Positions 27,475-37,521 are shown, counted from the stretch's first letter. The stretch is 64,000 bases of DNA from Actinomycetes bacterium (GCA_045807285.1 JBJMHR010000033.1:66792-130791); one strand, 5' to 3'. Translations and numbers: made by a program. Notes: generated by a model not told the origin, from the letters alone.

Positions 27475-28247
27475 GCGATTTGCGTGTCACCGGAGACGGC
27501 GCCGTACTTTCCCTGCTCATCGACCGCGAGGACAAGCGCAACGCCCTGTCGGGTGAGGTCCTGCGAGGGATGCTCGATGCTGTCCGGACTGTTGACGCCG
27601 GCGGCGATGTGCGTGTGGTGGTCGTCTCGTCTGCGGGGCAGAAGGTCTTCTGCTCGGGTGCAGACCTGGGCGTGATGACGAACGACGCGACCGGGCTCGA
27701 ACAGCACGAGGGGCGCGGTCTGCTGCGCGACGTCGTCCTCGCATTTCGGGCCTGTCCGGTGCCTGTGCTTGCGCGCGTTCAGGGCCTCTGCCTCGCCGGT
27801 GGCGTCGGGCTGGCGCTCGGTTGCGACATCGTGCTCGCGTCGACGGCGGCGCAGTTCGGGCTGCCGGAGGTCGGTCTTGGGTTGTGGCCCTTCATGGTGA
27901 GCGCGTTGCTCGCCCGCCACGTCTCACCGAAGCACGCCATGCACCTGATGGTGTCCGCGGAACGCATCGACGCGGAGGCGGCATACGGCATGGGCTTGGT
28001 CAGCCGCGTGCTGCCCGCGGAAACCTTCGACGCGGACGTGGACGCCTACGTGCAGCGACTGGCCGCCGCGCCACCGGTCGCCGTACGGCTCGGCAAGGCG
28101 GCCTGGGTGACCGCTCAGGAGGCACCGCTGGGGCCGGCGCTCGAGGCCATGCAGGCCCAGCTGTCGCTGCTGACGACGACGCGCGACGCGGCCGAGGGCG
28201 TCGCTGCGTTCTTCGAGAAGCGAGCACCGAACTACACCGGGCGCTGA
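27471..28247 (+). CDS. Enoyl-CoA hydratase/isomerase (crotonase) family protein
   Basis: VVVVSSAGQKVFCSGADLG with catalytic Glu regions. Coupled to accC (ATGA). Confidence 0.8.
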   Translation: MSDLRVTGDGAVLSLLIDREDKRNALSGEVLRGMLDAVRTVDAGGDVRVVVVSSAGQKVFCSGADLGVMTNDATGLEQHEGRGLLRDVVLAFRACPVPVLARVQGLCLAGGVGLALGCDIVLASTAAQFGLPEVGLGLWPFMVSALLARHVSPKHAMHLMVSAERIDAEAAYGMGLVSRVLPAETFDADVDAYVQRLAAAPPVAVRLGKAAWVTAQEAPLGPALEAMQAQLSLLTTTRDAAEGVAAFFEKRAPNYTGR

Positions 28248-28272
28248 CCCGGCCCAACGAGAGGAGATCCGG

Positions 28273-28488
28273 GTGGCGACAGAGGTGCGCGCTGAGATGG
28301 TCGCGAACGTCTGGAAGGTCGTGGTCGGGGAGGGCGCGTCGGTCAAGGACGGCGACACTCTGGTGATCTTGGAATCCATGAAGATGGAGATTCCCGTGGT
28401 CGCCGAGGGGGCGGGGAAGGTCACCTCGCTCCGGGTGAATGAGGGCGACGTCGTCCAGGAGGGCGACGTCATCGCGGTCATCGAGTAG
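28273..28488 (+). CDS. Small biotinyl-domain protein (BCCP-like, cf. mycobacterial TB7.3)
   Basis: 71 aa. LVILESMKMEIPVVA is a biotinyl-lysine motif. GAGGAGA RBS. Confidence 0.7.
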   Translation: MATEVRAEMVANVWKVVVGEGASVKDGDTLVILESMKMEIPVVAEGAGKVTSLRVNEGDVVQEGDVIAVIE

Positions 28489-28532
28489 CCGGGAGGGGTC
28501 GTCGACCCTGATTTCGGGCATCTCGGCCCCGC

Positions 28533-29657
28533 TTGAGGGTCAAGGCTGGCCCGAAGTACGCCGAGACAGACTTCGTGAGCGCGCCGACGATCGAGCCATT
28601 CCTCCGCGCCCTCGTCGAGTGTGGGGGCTCCGACTTGCACTGCAAGGTCGGTTCGCCGCCGCGTGTCCGGATCGACGGCCGCCTGCGGAAGCTCCAGACG
28701 CGCGACCTCACGGCCGCGGACACCGAGGAGATGGTCACCGAGGTGCTGCGCTCCGACCTCGTGGAGGAGTTCCGGCGCAAGAACGAGGCGGACTTCGCGT
28801 ACTCGCTTTCGGGAGTCGGCCGGTTCCGGGTCAACGCCTTCCGGTCGCGTGGCAGCGCCGGTCTCGTCTTCCGCCGCGTCGCCGTCGGTGCGATCCCGCT
28901 CGAGGAGCTCGGCCTTCCGCCGGTGCTGGCCTCGCTCGCGCTCGAACCTCGCGGTCTCGTCCTCGTGACCGGCCCGACCGGCTCCGGTAAGACGACGACC
29001 CTCGCCGGCATGATCGACCACGTCAACAACAACCGCGAAGTGCACGTCGTCACGATCGAGGACCCCATCGAGGTCCTGCACTTCGACAAGCTCGCGATGA
29101 TCAACCAGCGTGAGGTCCGCGTCGACACCGACGACTTCTCCGCCGCCCTTCGGGCAGCAATGCGGCAGGACCCCGACGTGATCCTCGTCGGCGAGATGCG
29201 TGACGTCGAAACGGTGCGCGCTGCGTTGGCGGCCGCGGAGACCGGTCACTTCGTCATGTCGACGCTGCACACCACGGATGCGCAGGAAACGATCAACCGC
29301 GTGATCGACTTCTTCCCGGTGCACGAGCAGAAGCAGGTTCGGCTGTCACTCGCTGCGGCGCTGCGCGGCATCATCTGCCAGCGGCTCGTTCCGCGCGCCG
29401 ATGGCGAAGGCCGCTGCGTCGCCATGGAGGTCTGCATCAACACGGGCCGTATCGCCGATGCGATCGCGGACCCCGACAAGACGTCGACGATGACCTCGCT
29501 CATCGCCGAAGGCGCGTACTACGGAATGCAGAGCTTCGACCAGCATCTGGTCTCGCTCATCCGCGACGGAGTCATCACGCTCGAAGCAGCGATGGCTGCG
29601 TCCACGAGCCCGCACGACCTCACGGTCGAGCTGCGCCGGCTCGGCCTCGTCGCCTGA
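28533..29657 (+). CDS. pilT: PilT/PilU-family type IV pilus retraction ATPase
   Basis: Walker A GPTGSGKTTT, IEDPIEVLH, VILVGEMRDVETVRAALAAAETGHFVMSTLHTTDAQETINRVIDFF. No other pilus genes in the window. Confidence 0.8.
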   Translation: MRVKAGPKYAETDFVSAPTIEPFLRALVECGGSDLHCKVGSPPRVRIDGRLRKLQTRDLTAADTEEMVTEVLRSDLVEEFRRKNEADFAYSLSGVGRFRVNAFRSRGSAGLVFRRVAVGAIPLEELGLPPVLASLALEPRGLVLVTGPTGSGKTTTLAGMIDHVNNNREVHVVTIEDPIEVLHFDKLAMINQREVRVDTDDFSAALRAAMRQDPDVILVGEMRDVETVRAALAAAETGHFVMSTLHTTDAQETINRVIDFFPVHEQKQVRLSLAAALRGIICQRLVPRADGEGRCVAMEVCINTGRIADAIADPDKTSTMTSLIAEGAYYGMQSFDQHLVSLIRDGVITLEAAMAASTSPHDLTVELRRLGLVA

Positions 29658-29740
29658 CCCACCCCTCCCGCTCGCGATCTAGGCGCTGGTCCGGTGACGC
29701 GCCGGCATGTCGACCGCCTCAGTCCTCGATCACCGGGGCG

Positions 29741-29926
29741 TCACCGCGTCGTGGCGCGCCGGATGCCGTGCACCGAGCAACGCGCGGTCCATCCCGTGGG
29801 TGTCACCTGCACGACCATCCGCCGGCTGCACTCGCTGCAGTAGCGAGGTGGTTCGAGTGCACTGTGCCGTCGGCAGCCGCTGTGGTCCGCGGTCGAGCCA
29901 TCGCGTCCGCACTGCGCGCAGAACAC
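29741..29926 (-). CDS. Small zinc-ribbon protein downstream of bioB (possible BsaP-like auxiliary protein)
   Basis: 61 aa with FCAQCG...CSEC cysteine pairs. Only 2 nt separate it from the bioB stop. Position matches the small gene that follows mycobacterial bioB. Confidence 0.35.
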   Translation of the reverse strand: MFCAQCGRDGSTADHSGCRRHSALEPPRYCSECSRRMVVQVTPTGWTARCSVHGIRRATTR

Positions 29927-29928
29927 GG

Positions 29929-30924
29929 CTAGATCGTCTGGGACAGCGCTTTGAGCGGCATACCGAGGTCCGTCAGCATCGAGAGGTCCTCGTCGGCCGG
30001 GCGGCCCAACGTGGTGAGGTAGTTGCCGACGATCACGGCGTTGATGCCGCCCAGCATGCCCGCCGCGGTCAGGTCGCCCAACGTCAGCTCGCGGCCGCCG
30101 GCGTACCGCAGTATGGTCCGCGGCAACGTGAGCCGGAAGGTCGCAATCGCGCGTAACGCGTCGTTGCCGTCGACGAGGCTCAGCTCGGCGAACGGCGTAC
30201 CCGGGCGCGGGTTCAGGAAGTTCAGCGGCACCTCGTCGGGTTCGAGGGCCGCGAGCTGTACGGCGAACTCCGCCCGCTGCTCGAGTGACTCACCGAGGCC
30301 GAGAATCCCACCGCAGCAGACCTCCATGCCAGCGTCCCGAACCATCTGCAACGTCTCCCAGCGCTCCTCCCACGAATGCGTCGTCACGACATTCGGGAAG
30401 TACGACCGGGCGGTTTCGAGGTTGTGGTTGTAGCGGTGTACGCCGAGCGCGGCGAGCTCGCCAACCTGTTCCTGGCTGAGCATCCCCAGTGAGCAGGCGA
30501 TATTGATGTCGACGGCGGCATTGATCGCGGCCACCCCATCTCGAACCTGCTGCATGAGGCGCTCATCGGGCCCACGGACGGCAGCGACGATGCAGAACTC
30601 GGTCGCGCCTGTTGCCGCGGTCTCTTTGGCCGCGAGCACGAGTGACGGGATGTCGAGCCATGCCGCGCGAACTGGCGAGTCGAACCGGCCCGACTGTGAG
30701 CAGAAGTGACAGTCCTCAGGGCAACCACCGGTCTTCACACTGACGATGCCCTCGACCTCGACCTCCGGGCCGCACCAGCGGAGCCGCACGTCATGCGCCA
30801 ACGCGAGCAGCTGGGGCAACGCCGCGTCGGGAAGACGCAAGCACTCCAGAGCCTGCTCTTCATCCAGCCCGATCCCACGCTCGAGGACCTGGTCCCTGGC
30901 TTCGACGAGCACTGCGTCGCTCAC
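29929..30924 (-). CDS. bioB: Biotin synthase
   Basis: Radical-SAM [11 protein letters not shown] and [11 protein letters not shown] start with GGAAGG upstream. Confidence 0.9.
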   Translation of the reverse strand: MSDAVLVEARDQVLERGIGLDEEQALECLRLPDAALPQLLALAHDVRLRWCGPEVEVEGIVSVKTGGCPEDCHFCSQSGRFDSPVRAAWLDIPSLVLAAKETAATGATEFCIVAAVRGPDERLMQQVRDGVAAINAAVDINIACSLGMLSQEQVGELAALGVHRYNHNLETARSYFPNVVTTHSWEERWETLQMVRDAGMEVCCGGILGLGESLEQRAEFAVQLAALEPDEVPLNFLNPRPGTPFAELSLVDGNDALRAIATFRLTLPRTILRYAGGRELTLGDLTAAGMLGGINAVIVGNYLTTLGRPADEDLSMLTDLGMPLKALSQTI

Positions 30925-31661
30925 CGTTGGCCTTCCTGTTTCGGTTCGTTGCGGCGACGGAAGTCTGCCGCATCGAACGCACCGCCGTATGCCGGGCCGA
31001 GTGCGGCGCGAGCTGCCGACAGGAACGCGTCCGGATCCAACGACCCCGCACCGGCCGGGACCGCACCCGCCAGTGGCCGCGCGGCAAGCGTTTCCAGATC
31101 GCGGATGTTCGACCGCGCGGCGAGGTCTGGCACTTCGGGCCACGAACCGATGACGACGCCGGACAGCTCCAATCCGCGGTTCGCGAGCGCTTCCAACGTC
31201 AGCGCAGTGGCGTTCAACGTGCCCAGCCCGGCTCGCGTCACGACAAGCACCGGCGCGTCGAGTTGGTGTGCAAGGTCGGCGAGCGTCGTGCCTTCGTCGT
31301 CGTACCGCACGAGCAGGCCACCCGCGCCTTCGACGAGGACCAGCCGTCGCTCCACCGCGAGTGACGCGACGCGATTGACCGCGTTCGAGATGTCCAAGGG
31401 CGGCTGACCTGACAGTCGCGCAGCAGCGGCCGGTGCGAGCGGATCGGCAAAACGTGCGAACTCATGCAGATCGTTCGGCGCCAGCGCAGCGAGTTGTCGT
31501 ACGACGTCGAGGTCACCGTGCCCGTGCGGTACAACTCCGGTCTGTGCTGGTTTGACGACCGCGAGCGACGATCCGCGTGCGCGGGCGAGCGCTGCTATCG
31601 CCGCGACCACGACCGTCTTACCGACCTCGGTGTCGGTACCGGTGACGACGAGCACGCTCAT
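30921..31661 (-). CDS. bioD: Dethiobiotin synthetase
   Basis: [17 protein letters not shown]-loop. Overlaps the bioB start (GTGA). Confidence 0.85.
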   Translation of the reverse strand: MSVLVVTGTDTEVGKTVVVAAIAALARARGSSLAVVKPAQTGVVPHGHGDLDVVRQLAALAPNDLHEFARFADPLAPAAAARLSGQPPLDISNAVNRVASLAVERRLVLVEGAGGLLVRYDDEGTTLADLAHQLDAPVLVVTRAGLGTLNATALTLEALANRGLELSGVVIGSWPEVPDLAARSNIRDLETLAARPLAGAVPAGAGSLDPDAFLSAARAALGPAYGGAFDAADFRRRNEPKQEGQR

Positions 31662-31674
31662 GTGGCGAGGTTGA

Positions 31675-32817
31675 TCAGGCCGCGTCGTAACCAACGACGC
31701 GGAGGACCTCAGCGGCGCGCTCGAACTCTGCGTCGCTGAGGTTCGCGCGTGCCGTCAACCGGATGCGGGACAGGCCGTCGGGCACCGACGGCGGCCGGAA
31801 GCAACCGACCCGAAGGCCGCGAGCAGCGCAATGCGCAGCGACGTCGGCAGCGACCGCCGGCTCGCCGACCACCACACTCACGACCGCAGCCGGCGGCTGA
31901 GGGCGGCCCACGAGCGCCGCAAGCCGACCCGCGTTGCGCCGTGCGGCCGTTGCCAGCTCGGGATCAGCGTGGAGAATGCGCAGGCTTGCCAGCGCCGCGC
32001 CCACACATGCCGGTGACAACGCAGTGTCGAAGACAAAGGTGCGTGCAGTGTTGACGAGGTAGTCGATGACGTCGCGTGCACCGAGCACCGCCCCGCCTTG
32101 GCTGCCTAACGACTTCGACAGCGTGACCGTGCGGACGACGTCGGGCTCGTGCCCGAGTCCGGCTGCGGCCACCATGCCTTCGCCGTGCGACCCCACGACG
32201 CCCAGCGAGTGCGCCTCATCGACGACGAGCAGGCCACTGTGCCGGCGGACGACGTCATGCAGGTCGGCGATCCGGGCGGCGTCACCGTCGACCGAGAAGA
32301 TCGCATCGGTGACGACAACCGCAAACGGTTCAGCGCGTGCGCCGAGCGCGGCATCGACGGCGTGCACATCGTTGTGCGGTACGACTTGGACTCTTGCGCG
32401 GGCGAGCCGGCAGCCATCAATAACGGAGGCGTGGTTGTGCGCATCCGAGACAACCAGCACGTCCGGTCCGGCGAGTGCGGCGATCGTCCCGATGTTCGCG
32501 AGGTAACCGGACGAAAAAACGAGCGCCGCTTCGGCACCGCAGTGCGAGGCGAGGTCGACCTCCAACTCTTCGTGCAGCTCGGTGGACCCGGTGACCAGGC
32601 GCGACCCGGTCGCGCCAACGCCCCAGACGCGCAGCGCATCGGCAGCGGCGGCTGCGATCCGGGGATCGCGCGCCAGCCCGAGGTAGTCGTTGCTGGCCAG
32701 GTCGATGACGCGGTCGTGAGCCGCTCGCGGCTGCAGCCGCCGCAGCAGCCCACCGGCGGCGCGTTCGGCCAGGCGCGCGCGCAGTCGGGCCATCGGGTCG
32801 GCGAGGACGTGGGTCAT
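31675..32817 (-). CDS. bioF: 8-amino-7-oxononanoate synthase
   Basis: PLP-dependent alpha-oxoamine synthase motifs (DEAHSLGVVG, TLSKSLGSQGG). Sits between bioD and bioA. Confidence 0.85.
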   Translation of the reverse strand: MTHVLADPMARLRARLAERAAGGLLRRLQPRAAHDRVIDLASNDYLGLARDPRIAAAAADALRVWGVGATGSRLVTGSTELHEELEVDLASHCGAEAALVFSSGYLANIGTIAALAGPDVLVVSDAHNHASVIDGCRLARARVQVVPHNDVHAVDAALGARAEPFAVVVTDAIFSVDGDAARIADLHDVVRRHSGLLVVDEAHSLGVVGSHGEGMVAAAGLGHEPDVVRTVTLSKSLGSQGGAVLGARDVIDYLVNTARTFVFDTALSPACVGAALASLRILHADPELATAARRNAGRLAALVGRPQPPAAVVSVVVGEPAVAADVAAHCAARGLRVGCFRPPSVPDGLSRIRLTARANLSDAEFERAAEVLRVVGYDAA

Positions 32818-34142
32818 GTCGCCACGACAGCGCGCACACAGTCGGCGACCGTCGTCACCAGCTCGTTGAGGTCGTCGTCGCCGATGGCAAGCGGGGGCAT
32901 CAGTACGACGACGTCGCCCAGTGGCCGGACGAGGACGCCGCGCTCGCGAGCCTGCCGGCAGATCCGGAAGCCGGTGCGCTCACCGCGGGCCGCGACCTCG
33001 ATGCCGGTCATCGTCCCGCACCGGCGTACCTCGACCACGCCGTCGACCTCGGCCAGGTCGGCGAGCATCTCGCCGATCCGATCGCCGACCTTTGCCGCGT
33101 GGTCGACCGTCCCGTGCTCGTGCATCAGTCGGAGGTTGGCCCGGGCCGCGGCGCACGCGAGCGGGTTAGCGGTGTAGGTGTGGCCGTGGAAGAACGTGCG
33201 GTTGGTTTCCGGAGCGCCGAGGAACGCGTCGTACACCGCTTCGGTTGCGAACACCGCCGACAGCGGCAGGTAGCCACCCGTCAGCCCCTTGCCGCACGTG
33301 AGCAGGTCCGGGCTCACGTCCGCGTGCTCTACCGCCCACATCCGGCCGGTCCTACCCAAGCCGGTGGCCACCTCGTCCGCCAGCATGAGCGCGCCGTGCT
33401 CATCGCAGAGCCGGCGTACGCCGCGAACGAACAGCGGATCGTGGACGAGCATCCCGCCGGCGGCCTGCACCATCGGTTCGATCACGACAGCGGACACCCG
33501 ATCTCCGACGTCCGCGAGCAGGTGCGCCAGCTCGTCAAGCACTTGTCCGGCGCGGTCTTCGAGCGACTGCTCGGGCGTCTGGCGCAGGCCCGGTGACCCG
33601 ACCGCTCGGGTCTCCAGCAGGATCGGCCGATAGGTCGCGTGGAACAGCTCGACACCGCCGACACTGACGGCGCCCAGCGTGTCACCGTGGTAGCCCTCGG
33701 CGACGTGCACGAACAACGGCCGGTGCTCACCCCGCTGCGCGGCCGACTGGTAGGCCATCTTGAGCGCGGCCTCGACCGCCGACGACCCGTCACCCGCATA
33801 GAAGACCCGAGTGAGGCCGGTCGGCGCGGTGGCGACGAGCTCCTCCGCGAGCGCGATCCCGGGCTCGTGGGTCAAGCCGAGGAACGTGGAATGCGCCAGC
33901 ACCTCGAGCTGCGAGCGGATCGCCTCGTCGATCGCCTCGACCCCGTGGCCGTGTACCGAGACCCAGAGCGACGAGACACCGTCCAAGTAGCGGCGACCGT
34001 CCGCATCGATGAGGTGCATGCCGTCGGCACCTGCGATGACGAGCGGATCGTCCTCAGGCCAGACCGCGTGTTGGGTGAACGGGTGCCATACGTGCGCCAG
34101 GTCCGCCGCGATGAGCTCGGCAGCGGTACGGCGTGACGGCAC
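32814..34142 (-). CDS. bioA: Adenosylmethionine-8-amino-7-oxononanoate aminotransferase
   Basis: LAHVWHPFTQ...HGHGV...DEVATGLGRTG..CGKGLTGGY class-III aminotransferase motifs. GTG start at 34142. Confidence 0.85.
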   Translation of the reverse strand: MPSRRTAAELIAADLAHVWHPFTQHAVWPEDDPLVIAGADGMHLIDADGRRYLDGVSSLWVSVHGHGVEAIDEAIRSQLEVLAHSTFLGLTHEPGIALAEELVATAPTGLTRVFYAGDGSSAVEAALKMAYQSAAQRGEHRPLFVHVAEGYHGDTLGAVSVGGVELFHATYRPILLETRAVGSPGLRQTPEQSLEDRAGQVLDELAHLLADVGDRVSAVVIEPMVQAAGGMLVHDPLFVRGVRRLCDEHGALMLADEVATGLGRTGRMWAVEHADVSPDLLTCGKGLTGGYLPLSAVFATEAVYDAFLGAPETNRTFFHGHTYTANPLACAAARANLRLMHEHGTVDHAAKVGDRIGEMLADLAEVDGVVEVRRCGTMTGIEVAARGERTGFRICRQARERGVLVRPLGDVVVLMPPLAIGDDDLNELVTTVADCVRAVVAT

Positions 34143-34193
34143 GCGCGCATCCTCGCAGGGGGAGCGGCGCAGGCCGCGCCTACCCTGGACGAG

Positions 34194-35684
34194 GTGATCA
34201 GCGGTTTCGCGGAGATGCTGCAACGGCTCTCCGATCTCGCGCCGGCTGACCGCGACCACCTGCAGATGCTCGTGGCTGACTGGCACATGCTGGCCGACCT
34301 CTCCTTCGCCGACCTCGTTCTCTACGTGCCGAGGCGTGGGGACGACGCCGGCGCGGCCGGGTTCGTGGCGGTGGCGCAGGTCCGTCCATCGACCGGTCCG
34401 ACGAGCCTGCCTGACGACGTTGTCGGGACCGAGGTGGAGCGCGGGGAGCGTCCGCTGCTGGATGCGGCGTACGACGAGAACCGCATCTGCCGGGAAGGCG
34501 ACCCCGTGTGGCACGAGGACGTGCCGGTGCGCGAGGAGACCATCCCGATCAGTGGGAGCGCCGGGCGGCCCATTGCCGTCGTCGCACGGCACACGAACCT
34601 CGCGGCCGCCCGTGCGCCGTCGCGCCTCGAGCTGGCCTACCTCACGAGTGCGGACGAGCTAGCGCAGATGGTCTGCGAAGGCAGCTTCCCGTTTCCCGGC
34701 GCACCGGTGCTGCCCGATGCCAACGTGCGGGTCGGAGACGGTCTGATGCGCCTCGACGGCTCGGGGAATGTCAGCTATGCGAGCCCCAATGCGCTCTCGG
34801 CGTACCGTCGGCTCGGGCTGACCAGCGACCTCGTTGGCGAGCATCTCGCGACAGTGACCGCGGGGTTCGCTGACCGCCGTGACCCGGTCGACGAGTCGGT
34901 CGTGACAACCCTGTCCGGTCGCGCGCCGAACGTCGGCGAGGTCGCCGCGGCAGGGGCCGCCGTGCGGTTCCGCGCGATCCCGCTGCTCCTGTCCGGCGAG
35001 CGGATCGGTGTGTTGGTGCTCGTGCGCGACGTGACCGACCTGCGGCACCGCGACCGGCAGCTGCTCAGCAAGGACGCGACGATCCGGGAGATCCACCATC
35101 GGGTGAAGAACAACCTGCAGACCGTGGCGGCGTTGTTGCGCCTGCAGGCCCGCCGGTTGCGGTCCGAAGACGGCCGGCTCGCACTAGAGGAAGCAGTACG
35201 CCGCGTCGGCTCTATCGCGCTCGTGCACGAAACGCTGGCGCTCACGCTCGACAGCGCTGTGGCCTTCGACGAGATCGCCGACAGTGTGCTCACGATGGTG
35301 AGCGATGTGGCCGGCGACGCAGGGGCGCGCGTCGAACGACGGGGGACCTTCGGCATGCTGCCGGCGGCCGTGGCAACGCCGCTCGCCATGGTGCTCACCG
35401 AGCTCGTGCAGAACGCGATCGAGCATGGACTCGGCGGCGGCCCGGGCTACGTCGAGGTGAGCGCTGCCCGATGCGACGGCCGGCTCGATGTCACGGTGGC
35501 CGACGACGGCCGCGGCTTGCCCGCCGGGTTCGTGCTCGAGGACTCGACCCGTCTTGGCCTGCAGATCGTGCGCACGCTGGTCGGCGGCGAGCTCGACGGG
35601 AGCCTCGAGCTGCGGGGCCGCGAAGGCGGTGGAACGAAGGCGGTGCTCGCAATCCCGCTGGTGGCCGAGTCGACTACGCCGTAA
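34194..35684 (+). CDS. pdtaS: Cytoplasmic GAF/PAS sensor histidine kinase PdtaS (HisKA_2 type)
   Basis: End-to-end similarity to mycobacterial PdtaS, including RDVTDLRHRDRQLLSKDATIREIHHRVKNNLQTVAALLRLQARR. Confidence 0.8.
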   Translation: MISGFAEMLQRLSDLAPADRDHLQMLVADWHMLADLSFADLVLYVPRRGDDAGAAGFVAVAQVRPSTGPTSLPDDVVGTEVERGERPLLDAAYDENRICREGDPVWHEDVPVREETIPISGSAGRPIAVVARHTNLAAARAPSRLELAYLTSADELAQMVCEGSFPFPGAPVLPDANVRVGDGLMRLDGSGNVSYASPNALSAYRRLGLTSDLVGEHLATVTAGFADRRDPVDESVVTTLSGRAPNVGEVAAAGAAVRFRAIPLLLSGERIGVLVLVRDVTDLRHRDRQLLSKDATIREIHHRVKNNLQTVAALLRLQARRLRSEDGRLALEEAVRRVGSIALVHETLALTLDSAVAFDEIADSVLTMVSDVAGDAGARVERRGTFGMLPAAVATPLAMVLTELVQNAIEHGLGGGPGYVEVSAARCDGRLDVTVADDGRGLPAGFVLEDSTRLGLQIVRTLVGGELDGSLELRGREGGGTKAVLAIPLVAESTTP

Positions 35685-35916
35685 CCGAGTGAACGGTCGC
35701 GTGCGCAGGCAAGGTGCCGAACGTCGGGTTCTGCTCGGTGTTGATCAGGTGCCTGGCGATGTAGAGAACCACCAGAGCTAGCGCGGCGACGATGATCAGT
35801 GCAACCAGTCGAAACCGCCAGGCCGCGGCAGGGCGCGACGGAGGCTCGTGCGCGAACAGCGGCGGACGCACATAGCGGTCGGCCTTGCGTTTGGTTCGCC
35901 CGCTGCGCTGGGCCAC
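35674..35916 (-). CDS. Small hypothetical membrane protein
   Basis: 80 aa with a basic N-terminus and a single TM helix. Lies downstream of whiB1 on the same strand. Confidence 0.3.
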   Translation of the reverse strand: MAQRSGRTKRKADRYVRPPLFAHEPPSRPAAAWRFRLVALIIVAALALVVLYIARHLINTEQNPTFGTLPAHATVHSVTA

Positions 35917-35920
35917 CGGG

Positions 35921-36166
35921 TCAGGCGATGTGTGCGCGCACGCCGCGGCGCTTCACCGCGCGGCGCTCGTCCTCGGACAGTCCGCCCCAGACTCCGGCAT
36001 CCTGACCGGTCTCGAGTGCCCAGACCAGGCACTCCTCGGTCACCGAGCAGCTGCGGCAGACGGCCTTGGCCTCGTCGATCTGAAGGAGCGCGGGGCCGGT
36101 GTTGCCGATGGGGAAGAACAACTCGGGATCCTCGTCACGGCAGGCTGCTTCGTGACGCCAGTCCAT
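35921..36166 (-). CDS. whiB1: WhiB-family [4Fe-4S] transcription factor (WhiB1-like)
   Basis: Four Cys (C..C..C..C), GVWGG turn and C-terminal KRRG. 81 aa, next to pdtaS as in mycobacteria. Confidence 0.8.
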   Translation of the reverse strand: MDWRHEAACRDEDPELFFPIGNTGPALLQIDEAKAVCRSCSVTEECLVWALETGQDAGVWGGLSEDERRAVKRRGVRAHIA

Positions 36167-36271
36167 GCGGGTCTCACTCTCTTCGCATCAACGCGGGCGG
36201 GGGCCCGGCTACCTCGCGGTGACCTGGCTGGCCACCTCGCGTCCACGTCGTACCGTCGGCCAGGCCGACCT

Positions 36272-36287
36272 TGTGAACACTTTCACG
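36272..36287. promoter_or_regulatory. CRP/GlxR-like palindrome TGTGA-N6-TCACG upstream of whiB1
   Basis: TGTGAACACTTTCACG, about 106-121 bp upstream of the whiB1 start. Confidence 0.4.
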
Positions 36288-36510
36288 AACGGACTCGCTT
36301 GGCCAGGGCGTTTGCTCAGGCTGCCCCGGGGGTGGCGGGTCGATCTGTTCGCACGCTAGTGCCTGGTACCACCGGTGGTCCAGACCCATGCGCGTCCGAC
36401 CCTGACACCCTGTGGCTACTTTTGCAAGCACTCTGCTAGCGCTTTGCCCCGATTCGCGGCGAGCTGTTGCGTTTGTCACAGGCGGCCGGCCGAACGGCCG
36501 CAGCCTGTTA

Positions 36511-37521
36511 CTAGACGATCACGGAGAGCCCGCGCGGGACTGACGCCAGGTGCATCGCCTCGCGCTCCCCGATGTACTCCCCGTCGACCTGCACCGCGAG
36601 CGGCCGGCTCGCGGTCAGCGTGAGAGCGGACAGGTCGTGGCGGGTGAGCGTGTTCTTGCCGTGCGGCAGTTTTCCGCCGCTGGCCAGGATCTGGCGTACG
36701 CCGCGCAGGGTCGTCATCGTGCGGAGCTTTCGTAACGCGAACAGGTCGAGCCCCGCGTCGAAGTCCGCGAGCGGGGTCGGCAGGATCGGCCGCCGACCGA
36801 GGTAGGTCCACGGCGCGCTGTTGGAGACAATCGTGAAAGAGACCTCCTCGACCGTGTCCTCGTCGGGCAGGTGCACGGTGATGGCCGGGTGGCGGCGATC
36901 CGTTCCCGTGAAGAAGTGCTGCAAAGCCGTCGTGACGAAGAGCCTGGGTGTCGAGCGGCGGCCCTTGTGCCGGCGCACCTCGACCTCACGAACCACCTCG
37001 GCGTCGAGACCGAAGCCGGCGCAGAACGTGAACCAGCGCCGGGTGTGCGGATCGCTCGGCTGTTCCGGATCGGTCAGCAGGCCGAGCCCGATGACGCGTC
37101 GGCTACCCGTGCGCAGCGCGTCGAGGATCTCGCCGGTGGCCTCGACCGGCTCCCGCGAAAGACCGAGCGTGCGGGTGAACACGTTGGTGCTGCCGCCGGG
37201 GACGACGGCCAGCGAGGGCACGTCCGGGCCGGGACCGGCGTACAGCAGGCCATTGACGACTTCGTTGACTGTGCCGTCGCCGCCGAGTGCGACGACGACG
37301 TCCATCCGGTCGCTCGCGGCTTCCCTGGCGAGGTCACGTGCGTGGCCGCGGCGAAGTGTCTCGGCGACGTCGAGCTTGAGATCGCTGCCGAGGGCGCGGA
37401 CCAGGACCTCGCGCGTCCGGGTGGTCGTCGCGGTGGCCTTCGGGTTAGCAATGAGCAGCCCACGCACCAACCCAAGGTAGCCGAGCACGGCCTGGCTAGG
37501 GTCCGCGGTGATGTCTGACAC
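36511..37521 (-). CDS. Diacylglycerol-kinase-catalytic-domain lipid kinase (YegS-like)
   Basis: VVALGGDGTVNEVVNGLL and GGSTNVFTRTLG motifs. Confidence 0.75.
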   Translation of the reverse strand: MSDITADPSQAVLGYLGLVRGLLIANPKATATTTRTREVLVRALGSDLKLDVAETLRRGHARDLAREAASDRMDVVVALGGDGTVNEVVNGLLYAGPGPDVPSLAVVPGGSTNVFTRTLGLSREPVEATGEILDALRTGSRRVIGLGLLTDPEQPSDPHTRRWFTFCAGFGLDAEVVREVEVRRHKGRRSTPRLFVTTALQHFFTGTDRRHPAITVHLPDEDTVEEVSFTIVSNSAPWTYLGRRPILPTPLADFDAGLDLFALRKLRTMTTLRGVRQILASGGKLPHGKNTLTRHDLSALTLTASRPLAVQVDGEYIGEREAMHLASVPRGLSVIV

